A stretch of DNA of 64,000 nt from Neophaeotheca triangularis. Taxonomy: Eukaryota. The notes under the pieces are model-generated. The model did no database searches. It saw nothing but the letters and a program-made list of their open reading frames with translations, and was not told the origin of the DNA. This document shows, one piece after another, positions 26,209 through 35,073 of this stretch. The stretch is from assembly GCA_054600435.1 (NCBI GenBank), contig BAAIJX010000057.1:62001-126000 (forward strand), written 5' to 3'. Made by a program: the position numbers and the translations under genes. Positions within the stretch are counted from its first letter, which is position 1. Each line of letters starts with the position of its first letter.

Positions 26209-26990
26209 TTATTTTTTACTTCCCACAGCACTTCCTGCTCTACCTTGCACCGTGGGGTTGCCAAACGACCCGTTGCCTATCACACCGATACGCTTGTTGG
26301 AGCAATCCAACGTATGGTCACAATTTCCAGGATGGACTTTGTGGCCTTTGAAATCGTGGACGCCGAGAATAGATGGCCATTGCCAGGTCGACAGGAACCC
26401 ACGCCCCGATATTAATATGTCGGCGTGGACCGCAGAGCATTCGCCGCCGTCAACAGCCACTCTGAGCGTCCAACAGGACTTGCTTTCGTCCCATCGCGCC
26501 GAAAACACATAGATTGCAGATGACGCATCGCATCGAACACCAGGGTAGGTGTTTGCACCCCAAGTGCCTCCAACATCAGCTCGGGCCTCGTAGATCACGT
26601 TCTCGGCGAGCTGGCTCATCTTATCGGCATGTCGATGCTGCAGTTTGCGGGCCATGATCATGCATGAATAGCCGGTTCCTATAGTGATGATCCTGATCTT
26701 TTTGTTGGGTGACCGTTTGATCGTTCAATGGTATGGTCATGCGATCGATGTAGTCTGAATCCTGGTGAGCCGAGGCTAGGGAAGTCTCAGTCTTACTGTT
26801 TGGTCTCGCTTCGACACTACTTTCGAGGTCATCCTGACTTGTAGGAGTATGAACGCCACCGTTAGAAGATGTCGTATCTGGAGCGGGAGAAGCAACAGCG
26901 TTGCCTATAAGGTCACGGGGCTTCGAGAAGGTGAAAAGGTCCTTTTTGCCCGGACAGTAAGACTGCCTTTGCAGAAATGAGCTCAACAGA
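26209..26990 (-). pseudogene. Degraded FAD-dependent Baeyer-Villiger-type monooxygenase
   Basis: KIRIITIGTGYSC (broken GxGxxG), VGGTWGANTYPGVRCD, FKGHKVHPGNCD (degenerate FxGxxxHxxxWD) and RIGVIGNGSFG. Frameshift near 26700, internal deletion after AIYVF, and no C-terminal half. Confidence 0.8.
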
Positions 26991-27415
26991 TGGGTATGCA
27001 GATTGAACCTTACCTAGGTACTTTGACACAAACAATCATGTAGGCCTTGAAAGAAGGTTATATAGATATGGGGGATGCAGCGGGGGATCTGGGGCGAGAG
27101 TGTGACGGCCAAAGACGGCAAATTGCTCATATTGTGTCTTCGAGATTCGCTCTGATCATATCTGCTCTATGCAACAAGGTAAACGAATCAGAATACCACA
27201 TCTTCTTTCATCTGGCCACGCATGTCTCTTTTAGACATGGCCTGTAGATTTTCGCATTTGCAGTGCCGTATACCTTAAATACCGGCTACCGCTTCGGTAT
27301 CGGTTAGAAGCTCACTAACCTCGGCTCGATCTCACGACTTCATGTCGACGACGATACGGTGATCTTTCAACGATGCACTCATGTAATATGAAACTGCCCG
27401 GCATCCCTGACCCTC

Positions 27416-28863
27416 ATGTCATCCTCCGTTTTTCGAGTGCAGGAGCACAAAATTCCTGGGTCCCATATCCGAGAGTACCCAAATGCTTTGGCAAACGATC
27501 AGGAAGAAGTTGTTCACTTGGCCGTAAAACAATACACGCCGCTCGACAACACGAGCACGAATGGTAGAAGCATCACGATCGTTGGGGCTCATGCCAATGC
27601 TTTCCCAAAGGTCAAAATCCACGTGTTTGATATGGTTTTAAAAGCTCTTCCTGACCAACTAATAGGAACTGTACGAACCACTGTGGGACGAGCTGTATTC
27701 TCGGCTCGGGTCCAAGGGCATCACCGTACGCAACATCTTCATCGCCGACGTTGCGCATCAAGGACAATCTGGAGTCATCAACGAGCAGAAGCTAGGCAAT
27801 GATCGTACGTCCACTCAAGCCCCCTGACTGTGGGATTCTTCTAATTTTATCACCAGCATCCTGGATGGACCACGCAAGAGACCTCTTCCTGATGATCAAC
27901 CACTTCCGCTCGGAGATGAAACGACCTCTAGTCGGCATCGGCCACAGCATGGGAGGTGCCCAACTCGTCAACCTAGCATACATGCACCCCCGACTACTAT
28001 CAAGCCTGATCCTTATCGACCCAGTCATACTCCGGGTGCAATCCATGGACGGAAACTTCGGCCCAGCCAGAGCATCAACGAAGCGACGTGACAAGTGGCC
28101 CAGCCGTAAAGAGGCCGAAGCAGGTTTCAAGCGGTCCAAATTCTATCAAGCCTGGGATGCTCGAGTACTAGACCTTTGGCTAAAATACGGCTTGCGAGAT
28201 ACGCCAACGCCCTTGTACCCGGCGGCGGGCAGCTCTCCCTCCCACCCCCAAACAGCAAAAGCAGACTCAAATGGCTCCACCGATGCCGAAGTGACTCTGA
28301 CAACTACCAAACACCAAGAAGTCTTCACTTTCCAACGAGCCAACTGGCCGACTGAATCGCACCCTTACCCCAACACCGACCCTAACCCAACTACTCACCC
28401 GGACATCGACCCCACTTCATCCCCCAACGCGCCCTTCTACCGCGGCGAACCCATTGCGACATTCAAACGCCTACCGACGCTGAGACCGACAGTGCAGTAC
28501 ATTTTCGGCGAGGAATCGCCGCTCTCGGCGCCCATTTTGTGTGCGGATAAGATGGCCGTGACGGGTGTAGGAGTTGGCGGGTCCGGGGGCGCGAGGAAGG
28601 GGAGGGTCAGGCAGGTCACTGTCAAAGGTGCTGGACACTTGATTCCCATGGAAAAAGTTGAGGAGACGGCGGGGCATTGCGTGGACTGGCTTGTGCCTGA
28701 GATGGGACGGTGGTGGGAGCAGGAAGTGGCTTTGGCGAGGGAGTGGAGTCAGGTGCCGAAAGAGCGCAAGGCTGTCATGAGCGAGGAGTTTGTTGAGATG
28801 ATGAAGAAGGATTGGTCGAAGATGGATTTCGACAGGCCGGAGAAGAAAGACAGCAAGCTGTGA
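27416..28863 (+). CDS. Alpha/beta-hydrolase (LPX1/MpaH-like) with PTS1; exons 27416-27610, 27666-27804, 27857-28863
   Basis: HANAFPKELYEPLWDEL, nucleophile elbow GHSMGG, GHLIPME and C-terminal SKL. Two GT-AG introns. Confidence 0.88.
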
Positions 28864-28966
28864 CGAAGACTGGTAGAAGTACAGCCGAACACCTAAGATT
28901 TCTCGCGCGAAAACGCCTCGCTAATACCCTGGCAAAGAAAGCATCCGTCGCATGTCCTTTTCTTCA

Positions 28967-31900
28967 CTACAACATCTCCACATCCTCCCCTCCCGCTCCC
29001 ACACTAGCATCCCCAACCAACCCTGTAACCGGAAACCTGCCCAAAGCCAGATCGCTCCTACGGTCCAGCTCCTTCTCAAACTCACCCCTGACCTGCTCGA
29101 GAGTGACAAGCCTCCTCTTCCTGCCATCGACATGCACGCCCGGGATCGGTTCAGCGAGGACCCATCCCTCGCCCTCACCACAGCAGGCAAGAGTGTTGAT
29201 GAGAAGCATGTACGCCTCAACAAGCGTCTCGTCGTCCGGGTTCTGCAGGTAATGGCTCTCCTTGTAACGCAAGCGCTCGAGCCGCTCGTAGAGGATCTCG
29301 GATGCGCCGCGGTAGTTGTTGCGGTCGATGCGGTAGGCGTAGAGGATTTGGTGGTATTGCGGGGAAGACGCTGAATTGGAGGCGAGGCTGCGCTTGGCGA
29401 GGGAGAGGAGGATGGAGTCGGCGAGTTGGTCGAGGTCGTTGATTTCGAAGGGTAGAGAGCGGAGGAGGTTTATGCAGTCGTGTTCGGCGCATTTCTTAAT
29501 GAGGGTGTCGAGGTTACTGCGCTTGAGCGTCGGGTTGCTGAGCTTCGCTAGCGCGTGGAATGCCTCTTCAAACCTGGCAGTCTGCGCGAGTGCGCCGAAT
29601 AAGCGACAGAGTATCTCGTCGCGTGTCTCGCGAATGTAAAGGATGTGAGCTTCTTCCATGGCATCGTCCATCTGCTGTATGGCCGGACTGCCCTTTTGAC
29701 TCTTGCGCATATCAATGTCAGACAGGCGGGCATCGTAATCGTCGCCTAACTCGTCGTTGAGGTGATGGAACGCCACAGCTGCGAAGTCTGCAGTGTATGA
29801 CCAAATACGTAGCTGCTCGAAGATTGACGAGACATGTTGGTAGTATTTGGGCGGGCCTCGTCCAAAGTCTTGGGTCTCATGATCGTGAAGGAGATGAGCT
29901 GTGTCGTAGGTGGAGATACTGCTTGCCTGAGCTAGGCCATCGGCTGCAGCCTTGAAGTGTAGTGATGCGGTTGCATAGTCGCCAGTCGCGGTGTGAAGGC
30001 GTCCTCTGAGATAGCTCGACCAAGGAAGATCCGATTGAAACTTCTCGAAATCTGCTGCCAATTCAATGTTCTTGCGTTTCAGCAGCTCCGCCATCGTGTG
30101 GTCGGTCGTCCCATTCCAGTTCTTATCCAAATCAAATCCGTACGTCCAGGCCTTGCTCCAGGCCGTCAGAAGTTGAGACATCGAGTGGCCATTGCCGTCG
30201 GTTCGAGAAGACCAGTCACCCATGAACACAGTCTCAGCGACAGTAAGTGTGACTGCCTCTTCTTGTGCGGCATCCTGCATGGACTGGCGCGTGGCCGCTC
30301 GGGCACTCTTCCTACTGCAAGGACCTTCGACTACGTTCGACACAAGCCAAAGTGAAAGCTGGTTGTTCTTCAATTCCTGCATAATAGCGTCAAAGACGTC
30401 GGTAGCACGGAACGCCTCGTCGAGCTCGTCTGACTCGAGATCTCCGTTCATGAATATCACGAGTGCCAGCAGATCCAGCAGCACGGTGTGGGTGCGCTGT
30501 AGGGTCTCCTGAGCCACAGCAAGGGTGAATTTATCACCAAAGCGATCGAGGATCTTGCCCCCATCCGCACCACGAGCTGGCGACGTGTCGATTAAGATGT
30601 TTAACGCAGCCATGAAAGTATCGCTTGTAAGGGTGCCGAGACCCTCGAAAGCTTCGGCGGCTTCCATGAGTGCGTCGAATTCCTCGTTGGTGACTTCGCT
30701 TGCGAAAGCGTGGCCCTGGTACATGCGATCGAGTGTTTGTGCCAGCTCTTCCGGATTCTGTCTGTCCTGTAAAGATTCTATCATCGCAGCGTTACGGAAG
30801 TTCGTTTGAAAATCGGCAGAGAGACTGCCACGGAATCCTTTGGCGGTGGAGAACAACAGAGCTGCAGTGACACTCGCTCCTTCGTCCAAAGAAGAAGGCA
30901 ATATGTCTGCACGGACTTGCTCGTCAAGGCGCTGCCAGGCTTTGCGATCCCGCAAGACCTTGACGTTAAGAGAAAGGTTCTCGAAGGTGCTGCACGTTCT
31001 AATGGGCGCAACAAAGTCCGCGCAGACGTGCCATGGCAGCGCGTGCTCGGCGTCGAACGCGAAGCCAATCGATTCGCCTCGCTTGTTGTGCAGATGCGAC
31101 AGTAGACTGTAGAAGGTTTGCCATTGCGCGTTGATGCTCGCTTGGTAGCTGGCGAAGTCCGGTTGATCATCCGGTAAGCGGCGCATCAAGACTTTGCTGG
31201 TCATGGCGGATGCAAGGCGTTCTTTCAGAGGCGCATCTGGTGCGTTGATGCCTCTGCCGGTGGACGTCGACACGCCCCTGGCCTTGCGATAGATGTTAAG
31301 CGCCGTTTCCAGTGAAGCCGTGCTATACCTTCCGGGCGAAAACAGGAAGTCCATCCAGCGCTCAGAAGGAGTGACAGCTGCGTCAGAAGTTGTTTCCAGT
31401 GCATTGGGGAAGTCCGGGCACTTCTGCAACTCCTCCGACGTTTGTTGTCCGCTGTATACCATCGTCCAACGAGTTTGCCAGTCTTCCTGCAAATCCTCAC
31501 CATGGAACACGCTAGGGTGATCGAGGTCCAGTACGAAGATTTTGCAGAGCGCGCCGCTTCTAGCACGAATCCATAGTTTGTTTGAGCTCCAATATGGGTT
31601 AGGCCTGAAGAAGAAATCCGCCAGATGCCAGATGTTCGTGTTGAGCAGTTCGTCGACCGGCGGGACCAGGCGAGCTCGTGGGAATGCGTCTCTCACTTGC
31701 AGGGTTTCGTCTTCAATCGAGCTGAAAGTTGTAGATACATTGAAGAACTTGAACTGGTGATCCCTAGGCGAATGCACAACAACGGTATACCCACTCACGT
31801 CGCCCTTTCGGGACAGGGCGGGCCCCTCGTCTGCGGAAGAAGACGGGACGATCTGCAGCAGGGTCCCTTGCTCAGCGCTCATGAGATATTGAGGTCGTTT

Positions 31901-32815
31901 CTGGTCAGGCTTGTCGTTCTGCTCTTGGACCAAATCCACAGTCTTAACCACCTTTCCTGTTTGCGTATCCCAGATTCTCACCGTATGGTCCAGGCACACT
32001 GTCCAGAGATGTTTCCCATCCGGGCTTTTCGCAATCGCTGCGGCAGCCGTCGGCTCCACGTCCAGGTTCCCATATCTCACGGTTTGCTGCCTTTTGACGG
32101 GTATCCAACCCCTCAAGGTACCACTCCACCCACCCTCAACATAAAGAACCTCTCTCCACTGTGCTCCATTTTGCTTCGCCTCACGATTGAGCTGCATCAA
32201 GCTACCATCGTGGAGACTGACAATAAGTTCGTGGCTACTGACAGCATGGAATCGGTAAGGGTGCCTAAGCGTGAAACTGCTCGACGCGTATCTCCTCCAG
32301 CAAGCAGTCGCATCAAAGTCCTTCGGCACGTCTTCCCTAGTCAAAAGATCCCGCCTGAGCGTCACAGTGAACAGCTCATGCCCACCCGTCAACACAAACA
32401 CCTCCAGCGCGTCCGTCTCTTCTGGGTCTGCGAATGCAACTCCACTTTCCACTATAGCGTGATCGAAGCGAAGGTGAAACGTCAACCAGCTTTCCTCTTT
32501 TTGTTTCTTGTCCTGAACCAGATCGACGCATTGGATCTCGAGCAATTTTCTGTCCTCTAGCACGCGCCATAGAAAGCTCCGGGGTGACCTCGATTTGCGA
32601 CGGAAGAAGACACTGCCCTCTGTTGCGAGGTGCTTGTGCGCGTATGATTCTTCATCCAGCCCGCTAATTTCGTTGAAAGGACGTTTGCGCCCAGCTCCGC
32701 TAAAGGGGACCAGCTGTTGGGATGCATGGCCAGTATCGATGGTAAGGACTGAGGAGGGCGAGGAGGGAGTCGGCGATATGCGCGTTTCGTTCCATAAAAG
32801 GGCCGCTTGCGCCAT
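28967..32815 (-). CDS. NUP120: Nucleoporin NUP120/NUP160
   Basis: About 1280 aa. N-terminal beta-propeller (FFRRKSRSPRSFLWRVL, TVCLDHTVRIWD) and helical C-terminus (YHQILYAYRIDRNNYRGASEILYERLERL). Confidence 0.88.
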   Translation of the reverse strand: MAQAALLWNETRISPTPSSPSSVLTIDTGHASQQLVPFSGAGRKRPFNEISGLDEESYAHKHLATEGSVFFRRKSRSPRSFLWRVLEDRKLLEIQCVDLVQDKKQKEESWLTFHLRFDHAIVESGVAFADPEETDALEVFVLTGGHELFTVTLRRDLLTREDVPKDFDATACWRRYASSSFTLRHPYRFHAVSSHELIVSLHDGSLMQLNREAKQNGAQWREVLYVEGGWSGTLRGWIPVKRQQTVRYGNLDVEPTAAAAIAKSPDGKHLWTVCLDHTVRIWDTQTGKVVKTVDLVQEQNDKPDQKRPQYLMSAEQGTLLQIVPSSSADEGPALSRKGDVSGYTVVVHSPRDHQFKFFNVSTTFSSIEDETLQVRDAFPRARLVPPVDELLNTNIWHLADFFFRPNPYWSSNKLWIRARSGALCKIFVLDLDHPSVFHGEDLQEDWQTRWTMVYSGQQTSEELQKCPDFPNALETTSDAAVTPSERWMDFLFSPGRYSTASLETALNIYRKARGVSTSTGRGINAPDAPLKERLASAMTSKVLMRRLPDDQPDFASYQASINAQWQTFYSLLSHLHNKRGESIGFAFDAEHALPWHVCADFVAPIRTCSTFENLSLNVKVLRDRKAWQRLDEQVRADILPSSLDEGASVTAALLFSTAKGFRGSLSADFQTNFRNAAMIESLQDRQNPEELAQTLDRMYQGHAFASEVTNEEFDALMEAAEAFEGLGTLTSDTFMAALNILIDTSPARGADGGKILDRFGDKFTLAVAQETLQRTHTVLLDLLALVIFMNGDLESDELDEAFRATDVFDAIMQELKNNQLSLWLVSNVVEGPCSRKSARAATRQSMQDAAQEEAVTLTVAETVFMGDWSSRTDGNGHSMSQLLTAWSKAWTYGFDLDKNWNGTTDHTMAELLKRKNIELAADFEKFQSDLPWSSYLRGRLHTATGDYATASLHFKAAADGLAQASSISTYDTAHLLHDHETQDFGRGPPKYYQHVSSIFEQLRIWSYTADFAAVAFHHLNDELGDDYDARLSDIDMRKSQKGSPAIQQMDDAMEEAHILYIRETRDEILCRLFGALAQTARFEEAFHALAKLSNPTLKRSNLDTLIKKCAEHDCINLLRSLPFEINDLDQLADSILLSLAKRSLASNSASSPQYHQILYAYRIDRNNYRGASEILYERLERLRYKESHYLQNPDDETLVEAYMLLINTLACCGEGEGWVLAEPIPGVHVDGRKRRLVTLEQVRGEFEKELDRRSDLALGRFPVTGLVGDASVGAGGEDVEML

Positions 32816-33152
32816 GATGAAACAGGTACTGGGAGATAGCAACAAAAGGAGAGGCCGACGGGTGTTGCGAAGGTGAAAGAAGCGTACAACGGCAGAAACA
32901 GAAGTTTGGAGCTCGAGCTTCACGACAGACGCGGAAGCGCGTTGCTTTGAGACCGACGCCAAGACTTTCACGTCCACTCTAGCATCTGCGTACTCATTAT
33001 ACTTTACCTATCTGTATATCTGATGAAAGGTGAAAACCAGATCCATGATCACAAAATGGCCTATACAGCAGTTATCGCTACAAATACCGCAAACTTCCAA
33101 GGAAACCCCATGCCACATCCCACTTCGTTCGTCCCTTATGGTATAGCAAGCT

Positions 33153-34667
33153 CTACTTCCCCTCGAAGCTGTATCTCAACCACTCTCCCACGGCTCTCAA
33201 GCTCTCCCATCTCACACCCTCATCATCACTCTTCATCAACTCCATGACTCTCGCCTTCAGTCCCATTTTCTCTAGAGCTTGCCTCTTCTCGGGGCACTCC
33301 TTGACCAAGAAAGCGACGTCGTTGCACCCAATAGCCAGCACTTGCTTATCATTGTCCCACGGCTTCGACAAAATCTCGGCAAGTTTGCGGCAAAGCTCCC
33401 CATTCGAATCTTCGATAATCGTTCGCGCGTTCTCACGCCAAAAGTCGGCGTTCTTGTGGGGAGGCGACCATCTCAGGTGGCCAGACTCGAGCTCTGTGCG
33501 GTACGAAGAAAGCGTGGTTTGAGTTGCCATGTAGTCGTCCAATAGCTTCTTGAGGTCCTCGAGATCCTCGAGCAAATCAGGGTCAGACATGTGGCGGCCC
33601 GACTTCAAGTTTGTGAGCACTGAGGGCAGTTTTGCTGGTATGGCTGCAGGCATGAGCGCCTGTTTGTTGGTCTTGAGAAGATTGGAAAGAATGCCGAGCA
33701 ACAAGCGCGTCGTCTTTTCTTTGGGCGATACTCGAAGGAGGCCTGTGAGAAGAGGGATTATGTCGTGGTCATCGTCCAGCCCCCGCCCGACCAGCGCTCC
33801 CTCGAATGACAGCTGCCAGAGCACCATGAGAACGTGGTAAAGAAGCTGCAGCCCAACGCCGCTGCCAACACGAACGTTTGACTCTGTCACACTCCGTATC
33901 GATGCCCCCGTGCTGCTTCCACCATTGTAAAGCGTGCTTTCGGAATCGCTGCCGCCCGAGGCTTGGCGCAGGACGTCCATCAGAGGGTTCAAGGTATCTT
34001 TGCGCTGCTTCCAAAACTGCTGCCTCGACTTGGACGTGCGGAGAAGCGCACTGTACTCCTGAACAGCAATGTCTTGCAAGTTGGAGTCTGATGTGTTGGA
34101 AAGCTGGGCAATGTAGCTGTACAACTTTGGCAGAGCTTCGTCGATTTCCACGTCGGACTTAGGGTGAGCGGTGATGCCATGAGAAAGAAGAGAAGCCAAT
34201 ACAGAGGACGTAAGGAGGGGTATCGGGTCTTCTGGGTTGTTTGATTGTTTGAGGAGGGGGAGCAGAGGCTTGTACGGGTGAGGATGGTTCACCAGCGCCT
34301 GAGCGAGAGGTGGTATATCTGCCTGGCGTATTAGTATTGCATCTACCAGTGAAACAGTATCACTCAATTTACCATCTATCAGGTCTCCGGTCAGGACGAG
34401 CATATACTGCAAGATGTCGGTCCTCTTCGCGGCGCTCTCGAAGATGCTCTTAGCCTCGCCATTGCCCAGCAGCAAGGCAGTATAAGTTTCGATGTCGGAC
34501 TCGATGGTCTGCTTCCTCTGCTCCTTGCGGACCTTGTCTATGGCCTTGATCTTCTTGAGGTCTGCATCTGTGATTGTCTTCGCGCGAACAGCTCCCTCCC
34601 AGCTGATTGGCCTGGCCCGGATATTGTTCTGCAGGGAGAGGATGTAGGCCGGCGGATCGAGCGACAT
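33153..34667 (-). CDS. VMA13: V-ATPase V1 subunit H, one intron (34372-34319)
   Basis: NNIRARPISWEGAVRA, VSPKEKTTRL, ELESGHLRWSPPH..ADFWREN, LAIGCNDV and LKARVMELM. Confidence 0.95.
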   Translation of the reverse strand: MSLDPPAYILSLQNNIRARPISWEGAVRAKTITDADLKKIKAIDKVRKEQRKQTIESDIETYTALLLGNGEAKSIFESAAKRTDILQYMLVLTGDLIDGKLSDTVSLVDAILIRQADIPPLAQALVNHPHPYKPLLPLLKQSNNPEDPIPLLTSSVLASLLSHGITAHPKSDVEIDEALPKLYSYIAQLSNTSDSNLQDIAVQEYSALLRTSKSRQQFWKQRKDTLNPLMDVLRQASGGSDSESTLYNGGSSTGASIRSVTESNVRVGSGVGLQLLYHVLMVLWQLSFEGALVGRGLDDDHDIIPLLTGLLRVSPKEKTTRLLLGILSNLLKTNKQALMPAAIPAKLPSVLTNLKSGRHMSDPDLLEDLEDLKKLLDDYMATQTTLSSYRTELESGHLRWSPPHKNADFWRENARTIIEDSNGELCRKLAEILSKPWDNDKQVLAIGCNDVAFLVKECPEKRQALEKMGLKARVMELMKSDDEGVRWESLRAVGEWLRYSFEGK

Positions 34668-35073
34668 GGTGGCTACCCTGCACGTGGGATCAATTCGAGG
34701 AGACGTGCAAGTGGTGGATAGTAGATGGTCAGAGGTGAGGCAGGGGAAGAATGTAAGTACTGGGTAGGTACAGTAGTCAGGGAAGTAGCTGTAGGTAGCA
34801 GGTGGTCAACTGGGAGCTGCATCCCGCCCGTGACGTTCGGCTGGCCGCCAGGGCAGTCCACCTGCACGGTCTGCGCGCGCGACCCGGGGCTGGCTGGAAG
34901 AATGGAAGCTTGGACCTTCGACAACTTCATCTGCCCTGCCAAGACAAACAGCCTCTTCCTACGACTTCACCTGTCAGTCGTGCGTGTAACAAACCAGTCA
35001 CCCGCCCGCTGCTCATTCAGTGGAATTACGAGAGCTCGTAAGGGAAACGAACGGCGCTCTATTCAAGATCAAG

